A stretch of DNA of 64,000 nucleotides from Minisyncoccota bacterium (GCA_025449695.1 JANWIW010000030.1:1990-65989); one strand, 5' to 3'; positions 1 to 9,795 are shown, counted from the first letter of the stretch. Notes: generated by a model not told the origin, from the letters alone. Made by a program: numbers and translations.

Positions 1-257
1 GGTGGTATTGCGGATCATAGACCGGCGTCGCGAATTCGGGCGGATACATGGCGACGATCATCTCGTCGTGGCCCGGCGCATCGCACTTGCGTTTGTAAAG
101 GTTCCTTTCGTTCCGCCAGGTCAGGCGTCTCTGTAGGCGGCAAGACGGACAGAAGGTGGGAGGCGGGACCCGAAGTTTGGCATAAAAGTCGAAATCGGCC
201 GGTTCAACGGTGAACGCTTGTTTGCAGTTCTGGCAGTTTTTCGTTTGAGAGCTCATT
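1..257 (-). CDS. Cys-rich multi-zinc-ribbon protein paralog, N-terminal fragment (gene runs off the window start)
   Basis: Minus-strand ATG at 257-255 translates to MSSQTKNCQNCKQAFTVEPADFDFYAKLRVPPPTFCPSCRLQRRLTWRNERNLYKRKCDAPGHDE... It shares the CxNCxxxFTxEPADxxFY...VPPPxxCxxCRxxRR...RNERxLYKRKC motif with the 392..2197 and 61253..63088 proteins. It is absent from the ORF track because no stop codon lies inside the window. Confidence 0.6.
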
Positions 258-269
258 GCTTCATATTAT

Positions 270-385
270 CTGTCATCCTGAGCCCCCCGCGAGCATACGC
301 GGGGCAGGCTCTGCAGCGGGCGAAGGGCCTTGCGCCACCGCTGAAGCTAAGGCGGCACGCGGTCGGGGTACTTCAGGATGACAGA
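270..385. repeat. MITE/REP-like palindromic repeat copy A (termini CTGTCATCCTGAG ... CTTCAGGATGACAG)
   Basis: Inverted termini are visible directly; the interior is GC-rich hairpin-forming sequence. It sits between the two tandem Cys-rich paralog genes. Confidence 0.7.
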
Positions 386-391
386 TAGGCT

Positions 392-2197
392 TCATGCCAC
401 TTCGCTTTGATAGCAGGTTTCGCAGTAGATTATCTCGGGGCGCTCGGAAGCGTACGTCGTCTGGAAGGCACTCGGGCAGGGTCCGGCATCGTGGAAATGG
501 GCGCTGTTGTTCTTATAGCCGCCGCGCTCGGACCCACTGCCGGCGCATTGGCACTGCCGGGACCAAAGGCGCAGGGGGTTCCGCTGGACCAGCCGCTGGT
601 AATGGCGACAGCTGGGGCAGAGCCGCGGCACGGGAATATTCATACTCCGGTAGAACTGGAGTTCCGAGGATATGAGCCGGAAGGCCTTGGTGCATTGCTC
701 CGCGCAGGAGCCCTTGTGCGCGCATTCGATTGTGGCCTGCAAGATAGAATCGTCCGTTTCCGTGATGGTATCCGGTATCTCTTCCTGGAGCATCGTGACG
801 GCATAGTTTTTGCCTGCCGGGTCCTTCCACACATAACCTTTCACCCTGGCCTCGTCTGGGGTCAGGGTGGCGATCTCTTGGGCTATGGTTTCGTTGTACG
901 CGAATGGAGATAGCTCGGATGGGAAGAACTCGCCGTAGGGGTAGGATTTACCCTGCTTATCCATATAAGGCATTGCGTTCATGTGCTCGATGATCTTCGG
1001 GACCAGGGTCTCGTACTCCTCTTTTGAGTACTGCTTGTTCAGGATGCAGTATTGCTTGTTGCGCAGGCCGACGCAGCCGAACAAATAAGAAGACCCGTGT
1101 GAGTTGTAAGAATAATAGATATCATGCGAATCCAGGGTAAAGCGCGAATAGAATACCCTGCTGCCCGGATAGATGGTCGAGGAATCCACGGCCAGCTCCG
1201 TGTTCAACCCCACCCGGTCGCAGTCGTAGAGATCCTTGATATTGGAATACGCGAGCCAGGTGCGGGTGCAGTCCTCTCCCCCGCCGAAGATATCGAAGCA
1301 ATGCCTGCAGTTTTTGGCATTCTCCAGGTTGTCGCCCGTGGAATTCACCGAGTGGATGATGTGAGCGTAGCGGCGCGGATACCGCATCGCATGCTCCTCG
1401 AACCTTTTCTTGATTCCTTCCAGGGCCATGGAGCTGCCGGCGTTCAGCTTGGCGAGTTCCGCTTCGTATTCTTCCTTGGAATACTGGACGTTGAATATTT
1501 GGTAGGCGCCGTTCACCAGATTGGTGCAGCCGAAGCAGTCATGGCAGTTCCGGCAGTTGAAAAGAAAGGCGCTGTTGTAGCAACTTTCGCAGTACCGGCT
1601 CCATGAGAGCCGGGAGCAGGAAATGCAGTCCACCGTCTCGTAGGCATGCTCACTCTTCGATACCCAGTAGTTGTCCAGGCACTCCTTGGAATTGAAGATG
1701 TAGGTGGAGTAGGCAGTGTTCTCGTTAAAGTCGCCACCGAAGACCAGGTAGCAGTTCTTGTTGCCCTCGGTGATACTGCAATAATCGCTGTTCACCGGGT
1801 TGATGTTCAAGAGAGCGACATCCGGGACCTGCGTCCAAAGATCTTTCACCTGCCGGAGGAAAGGCCGCGCGAAATCCATCCCCATGCCATATTCCAAGGG
1901 GTCCCAGCTATCACTCCACCAGGTGGAGTGATCGAACACCCTTTGAGGATTATCCTCGGAAAAGATGGATATCAGCTCTTCACTGTGTCCGGGAGCGCCA
2001 CACTTTCGCTTATAGAGCGTCCGCTCGTTCCTAAAGCTCATCCGCCGCACGATGCGGCAGTCGAAGCACCAGCCCGGCGGCGGAACTTTCACCCGTTCAT
2101 AAAACGCGAAGTCTGCGGGTTCTAAAGTGAACTGGGCACCGCAGTTCGCGCACGCCCGGACTTGCCCTGAACCGGTCGAAGAGATTTCCGGCTGCAT
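392..2197 (-). CDS. Cys-rich multi-zinc-ribbon protein (unknown function; contains internal duplication)
   Basis: ORF 392..2233 (-). The probable start is the internal Met MQPEISSTGSGQVRACANCG at 2197, by alignment with the paralog start MTETGTRTCANCG. The protein has about 45 Cys in CxxC and CxxCxxCxxC clusters (CRNCHDCFGC, CVGLRNKQYC). Internal repeats ...NVQYSKEEYE and ...LNKQYSKEEYE are present. N- and C-terminal ribbons share the motif F(T/R)IxPxExxFYxxxxxPxPxxCPxCR. Confidence 0.7.
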   Translation of the reverse strand: MQPEISSTGSGQVRACANCGAQFTLEPADFAFYERVKVPPPGWCFDCRIVRRMSFRNERTLYKRKCGAPGHSEELISIFSEDNPQRVFDHSTWWSDSWDPLEYGMGMDFARPFLRQVKDLWTQVPDVALLNINPVNSDYCSITEGNKNCYLVFGGDFNENTAYSTYIFNSKECLDNYWVSKSEHAYETVDCISCSRLSWSRYCESCYNSAFLFNCRNCHDCFGCTNLVNGAYQIFNVQYSKEEYEAELAKLNAGSSMALEGIKKRFEEHAMRYPRRYAHIIHSVNSTGDNLENAKNCRHCFDIFGGGEDCTRTWLAYSNIKDLYDCDRVGLNTELAVDSSTIYPGSRVFYSRFTLDSHDIYYSYNSHGSSYLFGCVGLRNKQYCILNKQYSKEEYETLVPKIIEHMNAMPYMDKQGKSYPYGEFFPSELSPFAYNETIAQEIATLTPDEARVKGYVWKDPAGKNYAVTMLQEEIPDTITETDDSILQATIECAHKGSCAEQCTKAFRLISSELQFYRSMNIPVPRLCPSCRHYQRLVQRNPLRLWSRQCQCAGSGSERGGYKNNSAHFHDAGPCPSAFQTTYASERPEIIYCETCYQSEVA

Positions 2198-2240
2198 GAT
2201 TCTCATTAAACCTAAAAGCTTGCCTTGCAGCAAGCTTCCT

Positions 2241-2320
2241 TGTCATTCCGGGAGCCAGGCGGGGCTTGTCCGGAATCCAGTACGTGCATTCCTGGATCCC
2301 GGCTCGGGGCCGGGATGATA
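2241..2320. repeat. MITE/REP-like palindromic repeat copy B (TTGTCATTCCGGGAG ... GGCCGGGATGATA)
   Basis: Same terminal motif family as copy A. It contains the CCTGGATCCCGG core seen in copies D, G and H. Confidence 0.6.
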
Positions 2321-2333
2321 TAACGACTTTGTA

Positions 2334-3803
2334 TTAATATTTTTCCAGCAAATGCACCAGCAGGTTCACGGGAGTGCCGGCCGCGCCCTTGGCCAGGAAC
2401 TCGCTGTCGCTCGGGGTCATGCGCGGGGCGATGTCCAGGTGAACCCAGGGAAAGGGCTTGATGAACTGCCAGAGAAAGACGGCGGCGATGATCGCGCCTG
2501 CCTCGCGGCGGCTCTTGCCCACGTTCGCCCAGTCACCGAAGGTCGCCTTCACCTCGTCCTCGTACTCCTCCCAGAGCGGTAGAGGCCAGACGAAGTCAAA
2601 AGCGCGTTCTCCCGCCTCGCGGAAGAGCTTCTCCAGGTTGAGGTCGGTCGCGAAAAGCGCGGAGGCCTTCTTGCCGAGGGCAACCTCCGCCGCGCCGGTC
2701 AGCGTGGCGATGTCCACCACAAGGCGCGGATCGTACTTCTTGGCATATTCAAGCGCGTCGGCGAGCACTACCCTGCCTTCCGCATCGGTATCCATGATCT
2801 CGATGGTCTTGCCGTTCAACGTCTTTACTACGTCGCCGGGGCGGTAGCTGGAACCGGAAGGCATGTTCTCCGCGGCGGCGATGAGGCCGACGACGTTCTT
2901 CTTTGCCTTCAGCCGGGCAAGGGCGGCCAGAATATGAATGACCGCGGCGCCTCCGGACATGTCGAGGTGCATCTCATAGATGTTCTGGGAAGGCTTGAGG
3001 TTTAGGCCGCCGGAATCGAAGGTGATTCCTTTACCCACAAGGACCACGGGCTTTTCCTTCTTTGAGCCTTTCATGTACTCCATCATGATGAAGCGGGGCG
3101 GGTTGATCGAACCCTTGCCGACGGCGGTGAGACCGCCCATGCCCAGTTCGCGGATCTTTTTTTCGTCCATGACGCTCACCTTGATGCCGCAGCGCTTGCC
3201 GGTCGAGACCGCCGCTTCGGCCAGGGTCTGCGGGGCCATGTCGCCACCCGGCGTATTGGCAAGCTCGCGAGTGCGATTGATCTCCTCGCCGATGACCTGG
3301 CCGCGCGCCAGGGCTTTTTGCACCCGCTTCTCCCCGCCGAAGACCACGATCTTCTCCACCCGGTTCCATCCTTCCTTGGGCGGCGTCTTATAGTGGGTAT
3401 ACTCGAAATTGGCCACCTCCGATTGGAGCGCCAGCGTCTCCGCGAGATATTCCAGGTCCGAAGCGCCTTTCGCCGCGAAGTCCGCCAGATCCACAAGAAG
3501 AATCTTGATTTTTTCTCTTTTGGCCGTGGCCGTGAGCCTGCGTATCGCGAGCACCGCCTTGCGGGCCGTAAACTTCGCTGGGTCGCCGATGCCGAAAAGG
3601 ACCACCTGAATGCCGGAAGGCAGGAACACTATATGCGAGCCCGGCTCCGCGACCGGCGTCTTCTCGAGAAAGCGGTTCAGAAGGAGCTTGTCCTCGTCGG
3701 AAAGATTCTTATAGAAAGGATGGCCGATGATCTTCTTGCCGCCCTTCACGACGATCACGGATACGGCCTGCGGCTCGAATTTCTTGCTCGCGATTATCTG
3801 CAT
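2334..3803 (-). CDS. pepA: leucyl aminopeptidase (M17 family)
   Basis: 489 aa with the M17 signatures GKGITFDSGG and DTDAEGRVVLADAL. Confidence 0.9.
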   Translation of the reverse strand: MQIIASKKFEPQAVSVIVVKGGKKIIGHPFYKNLSDEDKLLLNRFLEKTPVAEPGSHIVFLPSGIQVVLFGIGDPAKFTARKAVLAIRRLTATAKREKIKILLVDLADFAAKGASDLEYLAETLALQSEVANFEYTHYKTPPKEGWNRVEKIVVFGGEKRVQKALARGQVIGEEINRTRELANTPGGDMAPQTLAEAAVSTGKRCGIKVSVMDEKKIRELGMGGLTAVGKGSINPPRFIMMEYMKGSKKEKPVVLVGKGITFDSGGLNLKPSQNIYEMHLDMSGGAAVIHILAALARLKAKKNVVGLIAAAENMPSGSSYRPGDVVKTLNGKTIEIMDTDAEGRVVLADALEYAKKYDPRLVVDIATLTGAAEVALGKKASALFATDLNLEKLFREAGERAFDFVWPLPLWEEYEDEVKATFGDWANVGKSRREAGAIIAAVFLWQFIKPFPWVHLDIAPRMTPSDSEFLAKGAAGTPVNLLVHLLEKY

Positions 3804-3829
3804 GGGAATGGTTGTGGTATCCGGCGGGC

Positions 3830-4360
3830 CTATTGCGCGTTCCTGTCGCTGCGTACCGCCTGCTTCAGCGTCTCGATTTCGGTGATTAACTTTCGCACGC
3901 TCTCCTCGATACTGTCAATGGCGACGCGGGTCTTGAGGTCGCTCTGCGCTTCCTGTTCGTCTTCCTCCTGGATGCGGTCTATATCCTCGGAAAGCTCTTC
4001 CACGTCCTCGCCGATGTCCTCTACCTCCTCACCCATCCGGTCGATATCTTGGGACAACTCGCCGATGTCTTCGCCCAGATCCTCTACCTCCTCACCCAGA
4101 TCTTCAATGTTTTCCTCGACATCGGCCAAGCTCTTTGTAGCGCGGTTTACGGTCATTTGGATGAAAATGGCGAGATAGATGGCTTCCAGGGAGACCGCAG
4201 TAGTCAGGATGAGCAGGATCTGCTCGGTCGCAAGGCCGGCAAAACGCAGGGCGAAGATGCCCACGAAAAAAAGCGTGTGCAGGACGATAGATGCCGGCGA
4301 TCCGATCCATAAAGTGAGGCGCTCGGAAATATGCTCCAAAGAGGTATCGGGTCGTTCCAT
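3830..4360 (-). CDS. DUF1003-family membrane protein with acidic coiled-coil tail
   Basis: ORF 3830..4468; the likely start is MERPDTS at 4360. It has two TM segments and the motif AVSLEAIYLAIFIQ, shared with the 36550..37083 paralog (VSLEAIILAIIVLLSQNR). The C-terminus has acidic EEVEDLGEDIGEL repeats. Confidence 0.6.
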   Translation of the reverse strand: MERPDTSLEHISERLTLWIGSPASIVLHTLFFVGIFALRFAGLATEQILLILTTAVSLEAIYLAIFIQMTVNRATKSLADVEENIEDLGEEVEDLGEDIGELSQDIDRMGEEVEDIGEDVEELSEDIDRIQEEDEQEAQSDLKTRVAIDSIEESVRKLITEIETLKQAVRSDRNAQ

Positions 4361-4367
4361 AGCGGAT

Positions 4368-5444
4368 CTACCTGGCGTCCGGTTTGTCCCCTGACGGATA
4401 CTGCCGGGTAATAGTGTATACGTCGAACAGGGTGAAGAGGAGGCTAAAGACCAAGGGGCCGATGACAAAACCCAACGGGCCGAAGAAGCGCAGTCCGCCG
4501 ATCACCCCGAGGAATATCACCAAGGGATGGATGCGCGCCCATTTACCGCTCAGCTTGGGGCCGAGGACGTTGTCGATCATCCCTATCGCCAGCGCTCCCC
4601 AAATGGCCATTCCCACGCCATCCAGGACGCCGTTTGCGAGGAAGGTATAGATGACGATCGGGAATACCACGAGCGCCGTGCCCACGCCCGGGATCAGGGC
4701 GGAAACGGCAGCGGCGCTGCCCCATAAAGCGGGGTTCGGCACGCCGAACAGGGCGAAGCCGATGCCCGCGAGCAGGCCTTGGCAGAGCGCCATGACTAAG
4801 GTAACGCGGAAGACCGAACTGACGGTGAGGCCTAGCCGGTCCAGTATCTGTTTATCGTATTTGTCCGGCAGCGGGCTCAGCATAATCGCCCGGTCCCGGA
4901 TGCGGTCGCCGTCCTTAAGGAAAAAGAACAGCGACAGGATGCAAATGAAAATGTTTAGGGCAATAAGGAGCAGGTTGGAGAAAACGAAGCCTATACTATT
5001 AATGAGCCAGGTCAGGCCCTTTTGCCCGAGGTCCTGGTAATTGATTTCCAGTCCCTCCGGCAGGCGGCTCAAGATCTGCTGAACGAAGCCGTTCCCGGCC
5101 AGGCCCTGCAGGCTCCATCCGGACAGCGAACCATACGCGCCTTGCGCCTCATGGAAGACGCGTAAGCCGATCAGGGTCAGGGGCACGAACACGATCAGCG
5201 CGACAAGCAGGATGGTGGCGAGTGCGCCCAGGTTGGGGCTCCGCAGCCAGTGGGACAAATGTTCATAGACTGGCCGGAAGGTGACCGCGAGGGCCGCAGT
5301 GAAAAGGAGCGTCGGCACGTACGGCGAGACGATAAGGAAGCAGACTATGGCGATCACCCCCAAAAGACCAAAGAAAAAATACCCTTCTGCCTTTTCGAAC
5401 ATATGCTCTAGCTTAGAACGTGCGGCCGCGTTCGGCAAGCGCAT
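4368..5444 (-). CDS. AI-2E family transporter (PerM/UPF0118)
   Basis: 358 aa polytopic membrane protein with a typical AI-2E N-terminal region and GxxxG-rich C-terminus. Confidence 0.85.
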   Translation of the reverse strand: MRLPNAAARSKLEHMFEKAEGYFFFGLLGVIAIVCFLIVSPYVPTLLFTAALAVTFRPVYEHLSHWLRSPNLGALATILLVALIVFVPLTLIGLRVFHEAQGAYGSLSGWSLQGLAGNGFVQQILSRLPEGLEINYQDLGQKGLTWLINSIGFVFSNLLLIALNIFICILSLFFFLKDGDRIRDRAIMLSPLPDKYDKQILDRLGLTVSSVFRVTLVMALCQGLLAGIGFALFGVPNPALWGSAAAVSALIPGVGTALVVFPIVIYTFLANGVLDGVGMAIWGALAIGMIDNVLGPKLSGKWARIHPLVIFLGVIGGLRFFGPLGFVIGPLVFSLLFTLFDVYTITRQYPSGDKPDAR

Positions 5445-5531
5445 TGACGTGCTTCGAAAGCCGATGTTATAACCTACCCAGTAAAAAGCGCATAATCAGA
5501 CGACGGCGCGAACGGGGAATGGAGATGATCT

Positions 5532-6080
5532 ATGCAAGTCGAGAAAGTATTAATGGACGCGAGAGGTATGAACGCCACCATAGACGCCATGGCTGGGACC
5601 GCCTGGAGACTTCTCGAGGAAATGAAGGCGCACCCGCGCGACCTGGTCGTGTATGGTCTGGAAACGCGCGGCGTTCCGGTGGGCCGCCGGATTGCGGAAG
5701 ACGTAGAAGGACGGGCTGGGATCAAGATTCCCTTCATCCGCCAGCGCATCCGCTATTATGGGGATGATCTGGGTATGGAAACGCAGGAACCGGTGGTCGC
5801 GCGGCCCGCGCCCATAGACCTAAGCGACAAGGTCGTTCTCATCGCCGACGATGTGTTCTGGTCGGCGAGCACGATGGTCGCCGCCCTGGCCCTGGTCATG
5901 TCTCTCGGCCGGCCGAGGCGGGTGATAAACGCCCAACTCGTGGACCGCGGCCATAGGATCTATCCGGTCACGACGGACATCGTGGGCTGCACCGTGCAGA
6001 CGGAGGAGCATCACGTCGTGAAGGTCCAGTTCACCGAGACCGGCGACCTCATAGACCAGGTGCTCTTGATGCGCAGGTGA
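5532..6080 (+). CDS. pyrR: bifunctional pyrimidine operon regulator / uracil phosphoribosyltransferase PyrR
   Basis: 182 aa with the PRTase fold motif VVLIADDV...T and the PyrR-like N-terminal helix (LMDARGMNATIDAMA). Confidence 0.8.
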   Translation: MQVEKVLMDARGMNATIDAMAGTAWRLLEEMKAHPRDLVVYGLETRGVPVGRRIAEDVEGRAGIKIPFIRQRIRYYGDDLGMETQEPVVARPAPIDLSDKVVLIADDVFWSASTMVAALALVMSLGRPRRVINAQLVDRGHRIYPVTTDIVGCTVQTEEHHVVKVQFTETGDLIDQVLLMRR

Positions 6081-6138
6081 AAGCGCGCGGCGGCAGTATG
6101 AGCGTGCCCCCGGCACGACGTCCGGGGGCACGCTCTTT

Positions 6139-7527
6139 TTAATCCGCTTCGAGCGACCGGACCGCGTCCGCGAATTGCTTGCCGCGGTCCTTGTAATTTT
6201 GGAACATGCCGAAGCTCGCGCAGGCGGGCGAAAGGATGACCGAGTCCCCTGGTTCGGCCAGGCCGGATGCGGCTTCTATTATCTCCGTCATAGAGGTGGA
6301 ACCTTCGTGCAGCCGGACCTTGTCTAGCGGGATGCCGTGATCGGCCATGGCGGCCTTTATGCGCGGCCATTCTTCGCCAACGCCGACAATGCCCCGTATC
6401 GAGGCGGACCGGCCGATCGCCGCCGCCAGGCCGGTGAAATCGGCGCCCTTGGTGGCGCCGCCGAGGATGAGAACCTTGGGCTCGTCGAACGACTCGATCG
6501 CGGCCATGGCGGTGTCCGGAGTGGTGCCGAAGGAATCATCCCAATACCGTACACCGCGCACCTCCCGGATGAACTGCAATCGATGCTCCAATCCTTTAAA
6601 GGTGCGCAGGGTACCGCGGATGGCGTCGAGGGGCACTTCGAGCAAGAACGCTGTCATGGCGGCCGCGCAGGCATTCTCGATATTGTGGTGTCCTGGCAGG
6701 GCGACTTCCCTGCGCGAAAGGATCTCCCGAATATCGCCGTTCTCCGCGATCACGATATTCTCGCCCTGCAGGAACGAGCCGCGCTGGAGGGGTTTGCGCC
6801 GGCTCACCCAGAACTTGCGCCCTAGGGACGACTCGGCGATATCCCGGGAAGCGGAGTAATCGATATTGGCCACGACCGCATCTGTCGGGGCCTGGTACCT
6901 GACAATATTCCGTTTCGCGTTCACGTACTCCTCCGCGCTGCCATGAAGGTCGAGATGGTCTTGAGTGACCATGAGCACCACGGCGATCCTGGGGCTGCGG
7001 GTCACTTCGAGGAGCTGGAAACTCGATATCTCATACACTACGATGACATTTTTCGTGATGCGATCCAGGATGGAAAGGGCGGGTATGCCGATATTGCCGA
7101 TAAGCTCGGCCTTCTGTCCGGCGGCCTGCAGCATATGATAGATCAGGGATGCAGTCGTTCCTTTGCCCTTGGTTCCCGTGATACCCACGATCGGCGCTGG
7201 GCAAAGCTCGAAGAATATCGCCGTGCTCGAGGTAACGGGGATGTTGCCGGTCCGGGCCGCCACGATGAGCGGATGGCGGATGGGCACTCCGGGCGACCGG
7301 AGTACAAAGTCGAACCCATCCAGGGCTTGTCCTTCGCCAATCCGGATTTCCACTCCCTGGCGTTCCAAGGCCTTTAAGGCCTCGGCATCCTCCTCGGAAA
7401 ACTTATATTCGGGCTTGTCATCGAAGAGGGCCAAGCGAGCCCCTCGTGCCAGGAGAAATTCGGCGGCGGAGCGTCCTTCCATCCCGAACCCTATAATGGC
7501 GATGCGCTTGTTTTTGAATTCGTACAT
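6139..7527 (-). CDS. murD: UDP-N-acetylmuramoyl-L-alanine--D-glutamate ligase
   Basis: 462 aa with N-terminal IAIIGFGMEGRS Rossmann fold and the Mur ligase P-loop GITGTKGKGTTA. Confidence 0.9.
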   Translation of the reverse strand: MYEFKNKRIAIIGFGMEGRSAAEFLLARGARLALFDDKPEYKFSEEDAEALKALERQGVEIRIGEGQALDGFDFVLRSPGVPIRHPLIVAARTGNIPVTSSTAIFFELCPAPIVGITGTKGKGTTASLIYHMLQAAGQKAELIGNIGIPALSILDRITKNVIVVYEISSFQLLEVTRSPRIAVVLMVTQDHLDLHGSAEEYVNAKRNIVRYQAPTDAVVANIDYSASRDIAESSLGRKFWVSRRKPLQRGSFLQGENIVIAENGDIREILSRREVALPGHHNIENACAAAMTAFLLEVPLDAIRGTLRTFKGLEHRLQFIREVRGVRYWDDSFGTTPDTAMAAIESFDEPKVLILGGATKGADFTGLAAAIGRSASIRGIVGVGEEWPRIKAAMADHGIPLDKVRLHEGSTSMTEIIEAASGLAEPGDSVILSPACASFGMFQNYKDRGKQFADAVRSLEAD

Positions 7528-7535
7528 GGCGCAGG

Positions 7536-7958
7536 TTACGTTTTCGATATTCGTGCGGCGCGCTCCTTCCGGCCGATCAGGGAAGAATGATAGCGATCCG
7601 GCCCGTACGCGCCAAGCCGTATGAGCTTGAATTGGGGCAAGGTTCCGGATCGTCTCTTCCTGCGCAGATCGGCGGCGAGCGCATGCTGATCATAACCCAA
7701 GGCGATCAGGTGCGGACGATGCTTTCGTATCACCTCATAGGTCCCGGGGAGCCTGTCGCCCAGGACCACCTTATCGGCCGCTCTCAGGTCCCGAAGCCGC
7801 GTCGTCCGTTCCTTCTGGGCGTTGCGGGGAGTACGTCCTTTGAGTTCTTTTACGCTGGCATCCCGCGCCAGAACGATAATGAGGATGTCGCCGCGCGCCC
7901 GCGCTGACCCTAGAAAATGGATATGGCCGGGATGGAGTTCATCGAAGACCCCGAAGAC
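7536..7958 (-). CDS. cytidylyltransferase-like nucleotidyltransferase (TagD/RibL/PPAT-type HxGH fold)
   Basis: Motif FGVFDELHPGH. The ORF track extends to 8075, but the start was chosen at MVFGVFD by analogy with the family. Confidence 0.6.
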   Translation of the reverse strand, partial: VFGVFDELHPGHIHFLGSARARGDILIIVLARDASVKELKGRTPRNAQKERTTRLRDLRAADKVVLGDRLPGTYEVIRKHRPHLIALGYDQHALAADLRRKRRSGTLPQFKLIRLGAYGPDRYHSSLIGRKERAARISKT

Positions 7959-8058
7959 CATGACACATGTGCGCGCGCGAACGCGAGAGCGCGTAGTTCG
8001 CAGTTGATCGTTGGTAGATTTTCGGGCCATTATTGTTGATTTTATCAGCTTTCCGAGC

Positions 8059-8086
8059 TTGACACTACTCACCATAAGCTACAAAC
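8059..8086 (+). promoter_or_regulatory. candidate sigma70-like promoter for the RR/HK operon (TTGACA -35; weak -10)
   Basis: TTGACA at 8059-8064, about 70 nt upstream of the RR ATG. The -10 (TACAAA/TAAGCT) is poor, so the support is weak. Confidence 0.3.
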
Positions 8087-8135
8087 TACTCACTAATTCA
8101 TGAACTCTTCATCTTCATGAAGCTACGCTTTCTCC

Positions 8136-8810
8136 ATGAGAATACTAATCGTCGAAGACCAAGAGAAACTCGCGAAGTCGATCCAGAAGGGGTTGGAGCA
8201 GGAAGGATACGCAGCCGATTACGTGCTGGATGGGGAGACTGCCTTGCGGAGGGTGGAGATCGGGCATAAGGACTATGACCTTATCGTCCTCGACCTCATG
8301 CTGCCGAAAAAAGACGGCTTCGAGGTCTGCAACACGATCCGCGCCCACGGCATTCTTACGCCGATCATCGTTCTCACCGCTCGCGGGGCCATCGACGATA
8401 AGATCAGCGCCCTGAACGGCGGAGCGGACGATTACCTGGTCAAGCCTTTCCTTTTCAGCGAGCTGCTTGCGCGCATCAACGCCATCCTGCGCCGTCCCGA
8501 TACCTACATCCCAAGCGAGTTGAAGATCCAGGACCTAGTCCTAAACACGGCCACCCGGGAGGTATTCCGGGCCGGGAAGAAGGTCCAGCTTACCCTCAAG
8601 GAGTTCAGTGTGCTGGAATATCTGATGCGCAACATGAACCGGGTCGTGAACCGCGAAGAGCTTGTGGATCACGTGTGGGACTTCAATTATGACGGTTTCT
8701 CCAATGTAGTGGACGTGCATATCAAGAACCTCCGCAACAAGATAGACACCGACGCTCATGAAAAGATACTGGAGACGGTCAGGGGGGTGGGCTACCGCGT
8801 CAAAGGATAG
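8136..8810 (+). CDS. OmpR-family two-component response regulator
   Basis: 224 aa with a REC domain (LDLMLPKKDGFEVC) and a winged-helix C-terminus. Confidence 0.9.
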   Translation: MRILIVEDQEKLAKSIQKGLEQEGYAADYVLDGETALRRVEIGHKDYDLIVLDLMLPKKDGFEVCNTIRAHGILTPIIVLTARGAIDDKISALNGGADDYLVKPFLFSELLARINAILRRPDTYIPSELKIQDLVLNTATREVFRAGKKVQLTLKEFSVLEYLMRNMNRVVNREELVDHVWDFNYDGFSNVVDVHIKNLRNKIDTDAHEKILETVRGVGYRVKG

Positions 8811-9795
8811 CCCCCTTCGCAGCGCCCGCCTGCGCTTCACCGCGCTTTACGTCGTCCATACGATCGTCATTCTCGCCATGTTCGTGGCGGTCCTGAGCCG
8901 CGTGCGCGCGCATTACCTGCAGGCCAACCTGCAGGGACAGTTCCGGGATACGGCGCAGGAACAGCAGGTCATCGGCAAGCTGCAGTCTGATCTGGAAGAG
9001 GCAACCGCGCTGCTCCTTATCGTGGTCCTGCTCGGAATGGCGTTCGTGAGCTATTTCGCGGTCCAGTTGATCCTGCGTCCCATCCGCAGGTTTCTGGAGA
9101 GTCACCGCCGGTTTATCGCCGACGCATCCCACGAGTTACGTACCCCGCTCGCTATTATGCGGACCGAGATCGAGGTAGCCCTTCTGGATCCAGAAGACCT
9201 CTCTAAACAGGAAGCCGTGAATATTTTGCGCAGCAACGCGGAGGAGATCGAGCGCATGTCCCGTATCCTCACAAACCTGCTGAATCTGGCCAGCTTCCAC
9301 GATGCATCCGGCGAACCGCCCATGATACCCACGCCGATGCAGGAGGTGATCGAGCGCGTCGTAGAACGCTTGAAGAAGAGCGTGACGGCCAAGCGGATCG
9401 AGTTGCGTACGGATGAAGTGAATCCAGTCACGATCCGGGGCAATGCCGTCGCCCTTGAAGAAATCGTCTCCAATCTCCTCAAGAACGCGATCAACTACAC
9501 GCCGCCGGGCGGCACGGTGAGCATGTCCCTGCGGGCCATGGATGATGCTCATGCGGAGCTTACCGTTCGGGATACCGGCGTAGGCATCCCCCCCGAGGAA
9601 CTCCCGCACATTTTCGAACCCTTCTACCGCAGCGAACGCTCGTTCCATATGCATAAGACCGGCTCCGGGCTTGGCCTGCCGATAGTCAAGGAGATGATCA
9701 AGCGCCACCGAGGGTCCATCCGCGTTGAAAGCACTCCCGATCAAGGAACTTCGGTCATCATCCATTTACCGCTCGTGCGAGTTAGTAAAAAGTAA
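8758..9795 (+). CDS. two-component sensor histidine kinase
   Basis: H-box ASHELRTPL, HATPase N/G boxes and two N-terminal TM segments. It overlaps the RR stop by 53 nt; the alternative start is a later Met at about 8878. Confidence 0.85.
   Translation: MKRYWRRSGGWATASKDSPLRSARLRFTALYVVHTIVILAMFVAVLSRVRAHYLQANLQGQFRDTAQEQQVIGKLQSDLEEATALLLIVVLLGMAFVSYFAVQLILRPIRRFLESHRRFIADASHELRTPLAIMRTEIEVALLDPEDLSKQEAVNILRSNAEEIERMSRILTNLLNLASFHDASGEPPMIPTPMQEVIERVVERLKKSVTAKRIELRTDEVNPVTIRGNAVALEEIVSNLLKNAINYTPPGGTVSMSLRAMDDAHAELTVRDTGVGIPPEELPHIFEPFYRSERSFHMHKTGSGLGLPIVKEMIKRHRGSIRVESTPDQGTSVIIHLPLVRVSKK

Noticed and set aside
5445-5531. PyrR-binding attenuator upstream of pyrR
   Set aside because: No UCCAGAGAGGCU-like PyrR box is visible in the leader, so nothing can be supported.
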